From: an uncultured Azospirillaceae bacterium
Lineage (GTDB): Bacteria > Pseudomonadota > Alphaproteobacteria > Rickettsiales > UBA3002
Direction: 5' to 3'
Length of the DNA: 64,000 bases
Assembly (NCBI GenBank): GCA_964352815.1
Contig: CAYGTO010000003.1
Span: 348-64,347, forward strand
The notes beneath the pieces were generated by a model, which was not told the origin of the DNA, ran no database searches, and worked only from the letters and a program-made list of their open reading frames with translations. The position numbers and the translations under genes were made by a program. Numbering within the stretch: the stretch's first letter is position 1; every line of letters starts with the position of its first letter. Below, piece by piece: positions 26,765-37,306 of the stretch.

Positions 26765-28099
26765 CTAGGCGGCTCTCCCGAAGCGTCCTGCCCCCTCTTT
26801 ACGAATACGCGCCATGATTTCTCTATCTTTTTTCTCGACCTTGGCAATAAGATCACGCACCTTTTGTTTGGCCGCCACGTGCTCTGGCGTCAAGAACACT
26901 CCGGCGCGTACATCCCTAGTTTTTTCACCACCTTTCTTCGTCTGGCCATTGGCAAAGGGTGCAAGTGCCCGTATTTGACTATCACACGTCATATCGTTTC
27001 CATGCTTATCTTGCCCAGTTTGCTGGAGAATTTTCTCCTGATAGTCTCGGTCGGGCTGAATTTCAGAATCGGGTTTCTGCTCAATGCCTGCCCCTTGAGC
27101 AATCCGTTCTACATACTCTTCAAAGGGGAGAATGTCTGCTCCCTCATGCGCCCATGCGCAGGGTAGATAGGTGTGCTCAAGCTTAACTCCGGACATATCA
27201 TTTATTTCTCCGCGTTTTTCAAGCGCCGCCCGGATGACCTTGACTTGGTCCATGATCACTGGACGGAAAGACGGGCATGCTCTTAGCGCGCTGCGTATAT
27301 CTTCGGGCGTTTTGATAATTTTCGCACCTCGCTCGATGTCTTGTCCTTGCGCACGCAAATAGCCACGATATTCGCCTTCAAGCGCAGGAAGAATCGGAGT
27401 AAAGCGCGGGCCTTTGAGCACATGCCATGTTTCATTACATTTCGGAGTTGGCAGCAACAGCCCGGTCCTTAGCACATCCACCAGCTGCATTTCGCTTGGA
27501 AGCCCTGCCTGTATTGCCGTGATGGATGCTCTTTCTTGAACATGCGTGCTGCCATTCTCGCCGCGATATTGAGCCCCTTTCAGGTGAGGAATTAGGTTTT
27601 CAATGCCTTTTACTTCGACAATATACATTCGGAGCTTCTCTGGAGCTCCCGATTTTGTGGGATAGGCTACCGTGGCAAACTCCCGAATACCAGAGTCGCC
27701 ATTGTGCCTGACCAGGCTTACCCCATCATAAGGCTCGACTGTTTCTCCTCCCTTAGCTGTACCATTGGTATGGAGAATCCGGCTCAAGTCAATTCCGGTT
27801 TCTTCATGCACCTCTTTGATCGCGCCTTCAAGAATGGTTTTATCTGAATCGCTTTTGACACCGCCTTTCGCATAGGTGTAGAATTTTTGGCCATCTTTGC
27901 GAAATTTGCCTTCATTGTACGGCGCAACAATATGTGTGACCTTATGCGTACCACCTTTACCATCAGGCATTTCGACATCACCGATAATGAAGACCCCGGC
28001 CTTGCCGGGCTTATCTTTCATTTTTTCCGCACAATCGGCAATGTACCCGTTCCACCGCTTTTCGGGATTTTTAGGGGGTTTCTTTTTTGGTGCCATCAT
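26765..28099 (-). CDS. Hypothetical protein with N-terminal Nudix-like domain and basic NLS-like N-terminus
   Basis: GGVKSDSDKTILEGAIKEVHEETGI approximates the Nudix box (Gx5Ex7REUxEExGU, with K for R). N-terminus MMAPKKKPPKNPEKR. The C-terminal ~250 aa are unrecognised. Confidence 0.6.
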   Translation of the reverse strand: MMAPKKKPPKNPEKRWNGYIADCAEKMKDKPGKAGVFIIGDVEMPDGKGGTHKVTHIVAPYNEGKFRKDGQKFYTYAKGGVKSDSDKTILEGAIKEVHEETGIDLSRILHTNGTAKGGETVEPYDGVSLVRHNGDSGIREFATVAYPTKSGAPEKLRMYIVEVKGIENLIPHLKGAQYRGENGSTHVQERASITAIQAGLPSEMQLVDVLRTGLLLPTPKCNETWHVLKGPRFTPILPALEGEYRGYLRAQGQDIERGAKIIKTPEDIRSALRACPSFRPVIMDQVKVIRAALEKRGEINDMSGVKLEHTYLPCAWAHEGADILPFEEYVERIAQGAGIEQKPDSEIQPDRDYQEKILQQTGQDKHGNDMTCDSQIRALAPFANGQTKKGGEKTRDVRAGVFLTPEHVAAKQKVRDLIAKVEKKDREIMARIRKEGAGRFGRAA

Positions 28100-28124
28100 C
28101 TCTGCCTTTCATTCAATTGAAATA

Positions 28125-28170
28125 ATTATGACCGGTTTTGTTGAGAATATGTGTGACGGTTCTGTGACAA
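28125..28170 (-). promoter_or_regulatory. Pho-box-like direct repeat plus -10 hexamer
   Basis: Gene strand reads TTGTCACAGAACCGTCAC, 22 nt, CATAAT. The box is contiguous with structured-element copy B. Confidence 0.4.
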
Positions 28171-28268
28171 TTGCGGATGAAAAACGCTTGAATAGCGGTT
28201 CTCAACGCAAAATCAGAGAAAGCTTAGCCTATGTGAGACGAAGGTCGAAGCATGGCTTAGCTGATCTG
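28167..28268 (+). ncRNA. Candidate structured RNA element, copy B
   Basis: Aligns with copy A over ~100 nt. Hairpin 1 is degenerate (2 mismatches). Hairpin 2 is AGCTTAGCCTATG...CATGGCTTAGCT. Confidence 0.4.
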
Positions 28269-28391
28269 CCCAACCACATGCAAATGCGTCGCATTTACGT
28301 GTGAATAACCCCCTCACTTGCAAGCTTTATTCGGAAAAATAGATGCATTCATACTTCGGATGCGCTATACCATTTTGTAATGGTCGGAGGC

Positions 28392-28419
28392 TTGCATTTA
28401 TGCGCAGCGCCGCTATACT
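28392..28419 (+). promoter_or_regulatory. Sigma70-like promoter candidate for sdhCDAB
   Basis: TTGCAT, 16 nt, TATACT. Ends 26 nt upstream of the sdhC ATG. Confidence 0.35.
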
Positions 28420-28445
28420 TTAGAACAATTATAAATAGGTAGGTT

Positions 28446-28844
28446 ATGTCACACCCAAGCACGGAACGCCCGCTCTCGCCGCATTTGACAATCTATAAGC
28501 CCCAAATCACCTCGATGCTCTCTATCATGCACCGGATCACCGGAACGGTGAACGCTATCGGCCTGATTGTGCTGATTGGATGGCTATGGTCGGCGGCATT
28601 TGACGCTAAATATTACGCCTGCTTACAAGAAATTTTCGCAAGCCAGCTCGGGAAGATTGCACTGATAGGCTGGACGCTGACTTTCTTCTACCATTTAAGC
28701 AACGGTATTCGCCATCTATGGTGGGATATGGGCAAAGGCTTTCAGCTTAAGCACGTGACGCTTAGTGGTATTTTCGTGGTTGGTCTCGCAATTGGCCTTA
28801 CCGCAGTGACCTGGTATCACATTATTCAAACGACAGGATGGTAA
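28446..28844 (+). CDS. sdhC: Succinate dehydrogenase cytochrome b556 subunit
   Basis: RPLSPHLTIYKPQITSMLSIMHRITG signature and three TM helices. Confidence 0.85.
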   Translation: MSHPSTERPLSPHLTIYKPQITSMLSIMHRITGTVNAIGLIVLIGWLWSAAFDAKYYACLQEIFASQLGKIALIGWTLTFFYHLSNGIRHLWWDMGKGFQLKHVTLSGIFVVGLAIGLTAVTWYHIIQTTGW

Positions 28845-28846
28845 GC

Positions 28847-29299
28847 ATGGCAACGAACCCACACCCTTTCCGATCGGACGCTTCTAAAGCTCATGGGCTT
28901 GGCCCTGCTGGCCACGGCACGCATCACTGGATCTATCAACGCCTGACGGCGATTGTCATCGCGCCGCTGGCCGTATGGTTCTGGTTTAGCGTTATTACCA
29001 AAATGATTGGCGCGCCGATTCTGGTAATTGAGCAATGGTTTTCAAGCCCCTATGTCGCCGTGCTAATGGCTGCCTTCATCATCGCCGTATGCACCCATGC
29101 GAAACTTGGCCTTCAAGTGGTCATCGAAGATTATGTGCATGCAAAATGCACCAAAATCGGCATGCTCATCGCGATCAAGCTGCTGTATTTGGGATTAATG
29201 CTGATGGGCCTCGCGGCCGTCGCATCCCTCCACTTTAACGGCGCCGTTGAAGTCGCTGATATTGTTGCCCTTTCACCCGTTCAGATAGACGAAAACTAG
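28847..29299 (+). CDS. sdhD: Succinate dehydrogenase membrane anchor subunit
   Basis: GTHHWIYQRLTAIVIAPL heme-ligand helix. Position between sdhC and sdhA. Confidence 0.8.
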   Translation: MATNPHPFRSDASKAHGLGPAGHGTHHWIYQRLTAIVIAPLAVWFWFSVITKMIGAPILVIEQWFSSPYVAVLMAAFIIAVCTHAKLGLQVVIEDYVHAKCTKIGMLIAIKLLYLGLMLMGLAAVASLHFNGAVEVADIVALSPVQIDEN

Positions 29300-29308
29300 G
29301 AAATCATC

Positions 29309-31141
29309 ATGGCAGAATCAAAAATCGATGTGAATGAAATCAACATTGGCGGCACCGCCTACGCGTTTGAGGATCACTATTTCGACGTGATCGTGGTTGG
29401 CGCAGGGGGTGCGGGCTTGCGCGCTACCTTTGGTATGGCCGCGGAAGGGCTGAAAACCGCATGTTTGACTAAAGTCTTCCCGACCCGCTCACATACGGTG
29501 GCGGCGCAGGGCGGAATTTCAGCGGCACTGGGCAATATGGGCGCCGATGATTGGCGCTGGCATATGTATGACACGATCAAAGGTTCGGATTGGCTGGGTG
29601 ATCAAGATGCGATTGAGTATCTGTGCAAAAATGCGATTCCGTCAGTGATCGAGCTTGAGCATTACGGTGTGCCCTTCTCACGGACTGAGGAAGGCAAAAT
29701 CTACCAACGCCCATTTGGCGGCATGACCACGGAATTTGGCGAAGGCCCGGCAGCGCAGCGCACCTGCGCCGCAGCAGACCGGACCGGTCATGCGATTCTA
29801 CACACGCTTTACACCCAAGCGCTAAAAAATGACGCGCAATTCTTTATCGAATATTTCGCGATCGATCTGCTGATGAATGATGAGGGCGAATGTTGTGGCG
29901 TACTCGCGCTGAACCTGGATGACGGCTCTCTGCACCGCTTTTGGGGCCATGAAACTGTGCTCGCGACCGGCGGCTATGGCCGCGCCTATTTCTCCTGCAC
30001 TTCAGCACATACCTGCACCGGCGATGGCGGTGGCATGGCGGTGCGCGCGGGACTACCACTGCAAGATATGGAGTTCGTTCAATTCCACCCGACCGGTGTC
30101 TATGGCGCAGGCTGTTTGATTACCGAAGGGGTGCGCGGCGAAGGCGGATACCTCGTGAATTCTGAGGGCGAGCGCTTCATGGAGCGCTATGCACCCTCGG
30201 CGAAAGACCTTGCTTCGCGAGATGTGGTGTCACGCTCAATGACCATGGAAATCAATGAAGGGCGCGGTGTGGGCGCCGAGAGAGATCATATTTACCTACA
30301 TCTCGATCATCTGCCAGATGATGTGATCGATAAACGCCTACCAGGCATTGCCGAAACCGCAAAAATTTTCGCTGGCGTCGATGTGAAGAAACAGCCAATC
30401 CCGGTCTTGCCAACGGTGCATTACAATATGGGCGGGCTGCAAACCAACTACCACACCGAAGTGGTGACGCTGAAAGATGGCAACCCCGATCATGTGGTGC
30501 CCGGCTTGATGGCGATTGGTGAAGCGGGCTGTATTTCGGTCCATGGCGCGAACCGTCTGGGCTCGAACTCACTCCTCGATCTCGTCGTGTTTGGCCGTGC
30601 GGCTGCGCACCGCGCACGTGAAGTGATCAAGCCACGCCAGGCGCATCGCAAAGCGCCGCTGAGCGCGACCGAAAAATCGCTGGAGCGGTTCGACCGTATC
30701 CGCCACAGCAAAGGCTCGCTTGGAACTTCTGAGATCCGCCTCAATATGCAAAAAGCCATGCAACAGCATGCTGCCGTGTTCCGTACGGACGCGTCACTCA
30801 AGGAAGGGCTTGAGAAAATCACCAAAATCTACCGCTCTTTCAGCGACATTGGCATTAAGGATCGCGGCTTGATTTGGAACAGCGATCTGATCGAAGCGCT
30901 TGAGCTTGATAATCTTCGTAGTCAAGCCGTGATCACCATGGCATCGGCGGAGAACCGTAAGGAAAGCCGAGGCGCGCACGCACAGGAAGACCATACGGAG
31001 CGTGATGATAAGAACTGGATGAAGCATACGCTGTGCTGGGTCGAAGAAAATGGCGACACCAACATCGACTATCGCCCAGTTCGTCTGCACACGCTAACCG
31101 ATGATTGCGATGCGATTCCACCGAAAAAGCGTGTCTACTAA
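29309..31141 (+). CDS. sdhA: Succinate dehydrogenase flavoprotein subunit
   Basis: [14 protein letters not shown] fold. [10 protein letters not shown] (covalent FAD His). [19 protein letters not shown]. Confidence 0.95.
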   Translation: MAESKIDVNEINIGGTAYAFEDHYFDVIVVGAGGAGLRATFGMAAEGLKTACLTKVFPTRSHTVAAQGGISAALGNMGADDWRWHMYDTIKGSDWLGDQDAIEYLCKNAIPSVIELEHYGVPFSRTEEGKIYQRPFGGMTTEFGEGPAAQRTCAAADRTGHAILHTLYTQALKNDAQFFIEYFAIDLLMNDEGECCGVLALNLDDGSLHRFWGHETVLATGGYGRAYFSCTSAHTCTGDGGGMAVRAGLPLQDMEFVQFHPTGVYGAGCLITEGVRGEGGYLVNSEGERFMERYAPSAKDLASRDVVSRSMTMEINEGRGVGAERDHIYLHLDHLPDDVIDKRLPGIAETAKIFAGVDVKKQPIPVLPTVHYNMGGLQTNYHTEVVTLKDGNPDHVVPGLMAIGEAGCISVHGANRLGSNSLLDLVVFGRAAAHRAREVIKPRQAHRKAPLSATEKSLERFDRIRHSKGSLGTSEIRLNMQKAMQQHAAVFRTDASLKEGLEKITKIYRSFSDIGIKDRGLIWNSDLIEALELDNLRSQAVITMASAENRKESRGAHAQEDHTERDDKNWMKHTLCWVEENGDTNIDYRPVRLHTLTDDCDAIPPKKRVY

Positions 31142-31156
31142 AGACTGGAATTCGCT

Positions 31157-32035
31157 ATGCGCTTTGAGTACACTCAGGGCATGATTCTCGCCTCTACTAT
31201 CAAACGTGCCGTAGCGATCGGCGTGCTCGCGCTTACGACTTTTGCGTGCTCGCAGCCTACTACTTATGTGCCGATGGCGAGTCAAGCCGAGATTCAGGCC
31301 GAACAGGCCAAATTCCGTAAGGAAGTGACCGAAAACCCCTTCCCGCCTATCGTTGAGCCAGTGAAGCTCACCAAGGCTATGCAGCGGCGCCTGCAAGGCA
31401 TTGCCAACCGTATTAATCCGCAAGGCACGAAGCTGTGTTTTGAGCTTTATCAGAATGTTTCTGAGGCCAATTGCAGCTATCCCTTAGAAATCTCTTCAAA
31501 GAAAGGCGCGAATGCCTACGCCGATGGTAGTAAAGTGTTTGTGACCACCGCTATGATGGCGCTGGCCGAAGATGACACGCATTTAGCGTTCGTCTTGGCG
31601 CATGAGCTTGCCCACAACATTATGGATCACCCCTCACGCGTGCAGCAAAACACGATTGCCGGCTCGCTGCTCGGCACCATGGTGGATATTGGTGCCGCAG
31701 CCGCGGGCGCGAGCACTGGCGGCGCGTTTGGGCAACTTGGCGGCCAGACCGCCCTGCTTCAATATTCGCCCAGCTTTGAGCTCGAAGCCGACTATATCGG
31801 GCTGTATATTCTTCAGCGCGCGGGCTATCGGATAGAAGAAGCCCCGAATTTCTGGCGCGCCATGGCGCATTACCATCCGGAAAATATTTATACCAGCACC
31901 ACCCACCCCACCAACCCAGAGCGGTATGTGGTGATGCGTAAAACGATCAATGAAATTCGCAGCAAGCAGAAGCTCGGCTTGCCGCTTTTTCCAGAATTTA
32001 AGCCAGAAGATCAGCAGGATACGGGGATGTTTTAA
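31157..32035 (+). CDS. M48-family zinc metallopeptidase (probable lipoprotein) located between sdhA and sdhB
   Basis: HELAHNIMDH HExxH motif. N-terminal signal with Cys (VLALTTFAC). The start could be the Met at 31181. Confidence 0.75.
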   Translation: MRFEYTQGMILASTIKRAVAIGVLALTTFACSQPTTYVPMASQAEIQAEQAKFRKEVTENPFPPIVEPVKLTKAMQRRLQGIANRINPQGTKLCFELYQNVSEANCSYPLEISSKKGANAYADGSKVFVTTAMMALAEDDTHLAFVLAHELAHNIMDHPSRVQQNTIAGSLLGTMVDIGAAAAGASTGGAFGQLGGQTALLQYSPSFELEADYIGLYILQRAGYRIEEAPNFWRAMAHYHPENIYTSTTHPTNPERYVVMRKTINEIRSKQKLGLPLFPEFKPEDQQDTGMF

Positions 32036-32135
32036 CATCAATGATGAGCGTTTTTCTTCCGGATAGAGCGCAAAAACTCATTGAAAATTAACTTTTTAGA
32101 ACTATTATAAATAGCATCATTAGGGAGACTTCATC

Positions 32136-32936
32136 ATGGTCGAATTTGCACTGCCGACAAATTCAAAAATCAAAAAAGGCGAATCGCACAATGTTGCGAA
32201 GGATGCCTCGAACACGAAGACCTTTGCCATTTATCGCTGGGATCCGGAAGATCGTGATGACAGTGGCACCCCAAAAAACCCGCGCCTTGATCGCTTCACC
32301 ATTGACCTCGATCAGTGTGGGCCGATGGTACTCGATGCGCTGATCTATATTAAAGACCAGGTCGACTCGACCTTGACCCTGCGCCGCTCGTGCCGCGAAG
32401 GAATTTGCGGCTCCTGCGCGATGAATATTGATGGGACCAATACCCTCGCCTGTATCAAGCCGATTGATGAGGTGAGCGGCGAAATTCGTATTTACCCACT
32501 GCCGCACATGCCGGTGGTGAAAGATTTGGTGCCAGATTTGAAACATGTCTATGCGCAATATGAGTCGATTCAGCCATGGATGCAGACCCATTCGGCGGCA
32601 CCGTCAGACAAGGAACGCCTGCAATCACCGGAAGATCGGGCGAAGCTGGATGGCCTCTATGAATGTATCCTCTGCTTCTGCTGCCAGACCTCATGCCCGA
32701 GCTATTGGTGGAATGCCGATCGCTATCTGGGCCCTGCAGTGCTGCTGCAAGCGTACCGGTGGATTGCCGATAGCCGCGATGAAGCGACTGGCGAGCGTCT
32801 CGATGCGCTGGAAGATCCGTTTAAGCTCTATCGCTGCCACACCATCATGAATTGCGCAAAGACCTGCCCGAAAGGGTTGAACCCGGCGCAAGCGATCGGT
32901 GAAATCAAGAAGCTGATGGTTGAGCGGCAGTATTAG
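32136..32936 (+). CDS. sdhB: Succinate dehydrogenase iron-sulfur subunit
   Basis: [15 protein letters not shown] (2Fe-2S), [12 protein letters not shown] and [12 protein letters not shown] cluster motifs. Confidence 0.95.
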   Translation: MVEFALPTNSKIKKGESHNVAKDASNTKTFAIYRWDPEDRDDSGTPKNPRLDRFTIDLDQCGPMVLDALIYIKDQVDSTLTLRRSCREGICGSCAMNIDGTNTLACIKPIDEVSGEIRIYPLPHMPVVKDLVPDLKHVYAQYESIQPWMQTHSAAPSDKERLQSPEDRAKLDGLYECILCFCCQTSCPSYWWNADRYLGPAVLLQAYRWIADSRDEATGERLDALEDPFKLYRCHTIMNCAKTCPKGLNPAQAIGEIKKLMVERQY

Positions 32937-33006
32937 AGGCCAACGATATTTAGACACAAAAAAGGCGGCCCGAGAGCCGCCTTTTCTTTATGAGGATTCG
33001 GAATCC

Positions 33007-33510
33007 TTATGCTGCTTGCTTTTTCAGCACATCCAGAAGCTTGCGATGCGCTTTTTCCTGCTCGAGCTTCTGTGCAGCAGCCACTTCACCGATCAAACGA
33101 TTCATGGCCGTCTCATAGATCATGCGCTCGCTGTAGGAACGCTCTGACTGGTCAACATTGCGGTGGAGGTCACGCACCACTTCCGCGCATGCCACAATAT
33201 CGCCTGAGTTGATCTTCGTTTCATATTCTTGCGCCCGGCGGCTCCACATCCCACGGCCTGCGCGCGCGCGACCCTTCAATGTTTTGAGCGCCTTTTCCAT
33301 CTGATCTTTACTGCAGATCGGACGTAGGCCATGTTTTGCCGCGCTCATCATAGGCACGCGCAATACCATTTTCTCGCGTTCAAACTCGATCACATACACA
33401 TCGAGTGCGATTTCTCCGATTTCGTGCGACTCTTTCCCGGTCACTTTACCCACGCCATGCGCTGGATAGACTACATATTCACCGACTTTAAATGTTGCTT
33501 TTGTTGTCAT
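33007..33510 (-). CDS. carD: CarD-family transcriptional regulator
   Basis: FKVGEYVVYPAHGVGKVTG N-terminal Tudor-like motif and ~165 aa length. Confidence 0.9.
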   Translation of the reverse strand: MTTKATFKVGEYVVYPAHGVGKVTGKESHEIGEIALDVYVIEFEREKMVLRVPMMSAAKHGLRPICSKDQMEKALKTLKGRARAGRGMWSRRAQEYETKINSGDIVACAEVVRDLHRNVDQSERSYSERMIYETAMNRLIGEVAAAQKLEQEKAHRKLLDVLKKQAA

Positions 33511-33792
33511 TAGTTACCCCTTTGTTGTATCCACACGGCTACGCCGCTTCGGTTAGTATAAAGAGAGGATCTACATGATTCACTCAAATCCCAGGTTTTG
33601 AATGGCCCTGATAGATGACTATCGATAGCGGGCCGTCACACACACATTCTTCAAAAACGGGAGTTAGGTTATACCACAAAATTGGGCATAAAAAAAGCCC
33701 TGACCACCCGAAAAAGTGTAAATTTTTCGTTAAAGTTTACTTGATTTTTTGTAAGGTGCTGAGATTCAATACTATTTACACAAAGAAAAAGG

Positions 33793-34125
33793 CTAGTCAC
33801 CCTCACCCGGCGCTTCGCTCATCAAATCACGCTTATTTTTCACATCTTTGAACTCATCCGCCTCAGGCATTGGCGTTTTCTGCTGCGTGATGACCGGCCA
33901 TTTCTCGGCCATATTCCGGTTAATCTCGATCCAATCGATCAGCTCTTCCGATTCGGGTTTAATCGCTTCCACAGGGCATTCAGGCTCACACACACCGCAG
34001 TCAATGCACTCATCTGGGTGAATCACCAGCATGTTCTCGCCTTCATAAAAGCAATCCACCGGACATACTTCGACGCAATCCGTATATTTACATTTGATGC
34101 ATTCATCTGTGACGACAAAGGTCAT
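33793..34125 (-). CDS. fdxA: 7Fe ferredoxin (FdxA type)
   Basis: [29 protein letters not shown]...[12 protein letters not shown]. Confidence 0.9.
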   Translation of the reverse strand: MTFVVTDECIKCKYTDCVEVCPVDCFYEGENMLVIHPDECIDCGVCEPECPVEAIKPESEELIDWIEINRNMAEKWPVITQQKTPMPEADEFKDVKNKRDLMSEAPGEGD

Positions 34126-34290
34126 AATGTTTCCTTTCGTTATCCCACTTCGGAAGCCTGACAGCGGTTCTTAAAATTGTGTAACCACTCGCCACGCATT
34201 TGACAAGTGCTCATCCCGCATAAAAAGATGGATTTTTGTTCATATTCTGCTATTAACGCGTTGAACAACCTACTTAAGGAGATTGTTGTT

Positions 34291-34611
34291 ATGGATAAAT
34301 CACTATCAAAGAAACTGATTGTTACCACGGCTATCGCTGTTATTGCGGGCGCTGCTTACGCACTAGATATCGAGCCAAAACTCGATGCATCAAGCGCAGA
34401 AGATGCGGCGCAAACGGCTGCTAACGAAGAAACGACAAACGCCGCTGAGGAAAGCACTGCATCTATCGAAGCAGCGAAAGAAAAAGCACAGGAAACGGCA
34501 GACGCCGCTTCTGAAGCTTCAGAAGACGCTCAAGCCAAAGCAGAGAAAATGGCAGATGATGCGAAATCAACTGCGGATGAGCTGTCTGACATGGCACCTG
34601 CTGCCAACTAA
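34291..34611 (+). CDS. Hypothetical secreted acidic Ala/Glu-rich protein
   Basis: SD AAGGAG. Signal peptide MDKSLSKKLIVTTAIAVIAGAAYA. Low-complexity A/E/D/K tail. Confidence 0.5.
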   Translation: MDKSLSKKLIVTTAIAVIAGAAYALDIEPKLDASSAEDAAQTAANEETTNAAEESTASIEAAKEKAQETADAASEASEDAQAKAEKMADDAKSTADELSDMAPAAN

Positions 34612-34629
34612 TTATACGTTTTCCCACGG

Positions 34630-35430
34630 ATGAACTCCCCGATTGATCGCTTGAGTGATGTGATGTCGCGCTTACGTGACCCAGACGGGGGGTGTCCGTG
34701 GGACGTAGAACAAACCCACCAAAGCATCGCCCATTATTGCCTCGAAGAAGCCTACGAAGTGGTTGAGGCCATCAATCATAATGATATGGGCGAGCTACGC
34801 GAAGAACTCGGTGACCTGCTGCTGCAGGTCGTATTTCATGCGCAAATGGCGAGTGAACGCGAAGATTTCACCTTTGACGATGTTGCAGGAGCGATCGCCG
34901 ATAAGATGATCGCGCGCCACCCGCATGTCTTTGGCGAGAAAGACATCGCCAGCGCAGAAGCGCAAACCACCCATTGGGAACAGCTAAAAGAACAAGAGCG
35001 CCAAGCGAAAGGCAGTGAAGCATCTGTGAGCGCGCTGGATAACATTCCGCTTGCTTTTCCTGCCCTGCTCCGCGCACAAAAGCTTGGTAAACGCGCCTCA
35101 CGCGTCGGCTTTGATTGGCCCAATATAGCACCCGTGTTTGACAAGATCGAAGAGGAGCTGAATGAGCTGCGCGAAGCGGCCGCGCACGGCTCCCAGAACG
35201 ACATGGAAGAAGAGTTAGGTGATCTACTGTTCGCCGTGGTCAACCTCGCGCGCCATCAGAAGATCGATGCGGAATCCGCCCTGCGCGGGGCGAACGCGAA
35301 ATTTGAGTCGCGCTTTCGCTACATCGAAGAGACACTGCGCGCCCAAGGCAAAGATATTAAAGAGAGCTCGCTAGAAGAGATGGAAGACCTCTGGAATCAG
35401 GCCAAAGAAAAGGCCGCAAACGCGGCCTAA
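34630..35430 (+). CDS. mazG: Nucleoside triphosphate pyrophosphohydrolase MazG
   Basis: Tandem MazG domains with EExxE/ELGDLL motifs (LEEAYEVVEAI..ELGDLLLQVVF, EEELNELREA..EELGDLLFAVVNLAR). Confidence 0.9.
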   Translation: MNSPIDRLSDVMSRLRDPDGGCPWDVEQTHQSIAHYCLEEAYEVVEAINHNDMGELREELGDLLLQVVFHAQMASEREDFTFDDVAGAIADKMIARHPHVFGEKDIASAEAQTTHWEQLKEQERQAKGSEASVSALDNIPLAFPALLRAQKLGKRASRVGFDWPNIAPVFDKIEEELNELREAAAHGSQNDMEEELGDLLFAVVNLARHQKIDAESALRGANAKFESRFRYIEETLRAQGKDIKESSLEEMEDLWNQAKEKAANAA

Positions 35431-35450
35431 TCATCGATGTTTGAGTGTCT

Positions 35451-36161
35451 TTAAACAGCGAGTGATGCCGCTTCGGCTTCCTCGCGTGATGCTTCCACTT
35501 TCTCTGCATGGCTCTGCTTAGGCGCGTCTTTCTCAGCATGGTCTTGCTTATGTGCTACCACTTTTTCTGCCACAGCATCTGCTTTGGCGCTTACCGCCTC
35601 CGCTTTCGCATTCATTTCTTTTGCTTGTTTCACCGCTGTATCCGCCACCTGGCGAGCGTTGGCCTGCACTTCCGCAACCACCTGTTCCATTTGCTCTGCC
35701 ATCGCCTGGGTTTCCATGCGCAGCTCATTATTCTGATCGCTGAGGCGAACTGCGTCGCCGGTGAGTGTCTCTTGATCGCCTTTTGCACGCGCCACATTAC
35801 GTAGGCCAAGCACCGCGCCAATGGCTGCCGCTGCTACTGCCACTGGAACCACTGCCTTATTCAAGCGCGAAATCTCATTAAAGCCTTCGACCGCTGGTGT
35901 TTTCTTAAACAGCTGCCCAAAGTTACTTGCTACTGTTTTTGCCGATTCCCACACTCTGCCAGCAGCAGGCTTGATTGAATCCTTCCCCTTGAGCAACCCG
36001 CCCCAGCCAGCTTCCGATTTTACAATATCGGTTCCAACCGCTGCAGCGCCTGCGACGGCACCTGTCACTGCGCCGTATGTCGCACCTTTTCCTAAGGCTG
36101 CTGTGGTATATCCTGGGCCGCGATACTCGTCTTGCACCTGGTTGAATTCTGTCTCAGACAT
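35451..36161 (-). CDS. Hypothetical protein with Gly/Ala-rich hydrophobic segments and coiled-coil tail
   Basis: SD GGAGAAG before the ATG. GATYGAVTGAVAGAAAVG and VPVAVAAAAIGAVLG segments. No family recognised. Confidence 0.6.
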   Translation of the reverse strand: MSETEFNQVQDEYRGPGYTTAALGKGATYGAVTGAVAGAAAVGTDIVKSEAGWGGLLKGKDSIKPAAGRVWESAKTVASNFGQLFKKTPAVEGFNEISRLNKAVVPVAVAAAAIGAVLGLRNVARAKGDQETLTGDAVRLSDQNNELRMETQAMAEQMEQVVAEVQANARQVADTAVKQAKEMNAKAEAVSAKADAVAEKVVAHKQDHAEKDAPKQSHAEKVEASREEAEAASLAV

Positions 36162-36194
36162 GGTCTTCTCCTACAATTTTCCTTATTCTCCACC

Positions 36195-36239
36195 ATCATA
36201 GCGAAGGAAGATGCATCTGTGTGTGACAGTTTTATGAAG
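36195..36239 (-). promoter_or_regulatory. Pho-box-like direct repeat plus -10 hexamer
   Basis: Gene strand reads CTTCATAAAACTGTCAC, 22 nt, TATGAT. A partial hairpin-1-like module (GAAAATGAT-TATCT-ATCATTTTC) lies at 36244-36266. Confidence 0.45.
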
Positions 36240-36361
36240 ATCGGGGGCGAAAATGATTATCTATCATTTTCTTGAAGCGATCTCCGAGGCTTATGTTTTG
36301 TGAGGTGAGTGTATCGAGCCGAAATAAACCATTTAGCCGCAGGTGAGCACCGGAACCTAAC

Positions 36362-37306
36362 CTATTGAATCTCGACCTTTTTCTGTGCAGGAGCTAATTC
36401 ATCACCCCTACTGGTTTGGTTGAGCATCTCTAAATTCTTCCATGCGCGCTGATAATGCACAGAACTCCCGGCCAGCGCTGAGTTCAGGTAGGTTTTTGCT
36501 AGCGCATCATTCTCCGCCAAATGCGCATAGAGGCCCATATTATTGCTTAAACGCGCGCCTTCAAAATGGCGTCCAGCCACCAGTTCTGCGGCTTTCAGAT
36601 CACCATGTGCGGCATGAATGAGGGCTAGATTAAGCTCGATATGTTTGCGTTTTTGGCTATGTTTCGGCTCTTGCGACGCCGCATGTTCTGCGGCTTTCAC
36701 CGCCTCGCTGTAGTCATCCTTGAGCGCCTTGCTAAGCGCTATATTATTGAGAACAGACGAATTTTTTGGGCTAAAGGCCAGTGCCTCCGCGTAATAGGCC
36801 TCTGCCTCATCGAATAAGCCTTTTGTGGCAAACAAAATCCCCAGAGCATTAAGGGTTTTCCAGCGCTTCTTATCCTTCTCCATCACTTCAGACAGCAATT
36901 GGCTCGCTTCTTTAAACTCACCCTTCGCCATGGTTGCAAGCGCTTGCCCCTCAAGGGCTTCAATCATCTCGGGCTTACGCTCCAGAATCTGTTTATAGAC
37001 TTCGATAGCGGCATCATTATCGCCTAGTTTACGGAAATTATTGGCTAAGCGAAACGCATGCTCCGTATTCTCCGGATCATCATCCAAGATCTGCTTATAG
37101 AGCGAGATGGCTTTATGATATTGCTGGTTCTTTTCCGCGTCCTTCGCCCCTTTGATCATGGTCGAGCGCACCGTCGGCACATCCGGCTGATCTAGCTCAG
37201 CGAACAGCTTATCAGGGTCGATCGGCCGCGAATCGCTGGGCTGCAATGAACAGCCCGCTAATGCGGTTGCGGTAAGAAGAGAGAGAACGTACATGGAATA
37301 CTTCAT
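36362..37306 (-). CDS. TPR-repeat lipoprotein
   Basis: Lipobox LLTATALAGC after MKYSMYVLS. Multiple TPR-like 34-aa units (A..Y...L..P....A...LA). Confidence 0.75.
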   Translation of the reverse strand: MKYSMYVLSLLTATALAGCSLQPSDSRPIDPDKLFAELDQPDVPTVRSTMIKGAKDAEKNQQYHKAISLYKQILDDDPENTEHAFRLANNFRKLGDNDAAIEVYKQILERKPEMIEALEGQALATMAKGEFKEASQLLSEVMEKDKKRWKTLNALGILFATKGLFDEAEAYYAEALAFSPKNSSVLNNIALSKALKDDYSEAVKAAEHAASQEPKHSQKRKHIELNLALIHAAHGDLKAAELVAGRHFEGARLSNNMGLYAHLAENDALAKTYLNSALAGSSVHYQRAWKNLEMLNQTSRGDELAPAQKKVEIQ

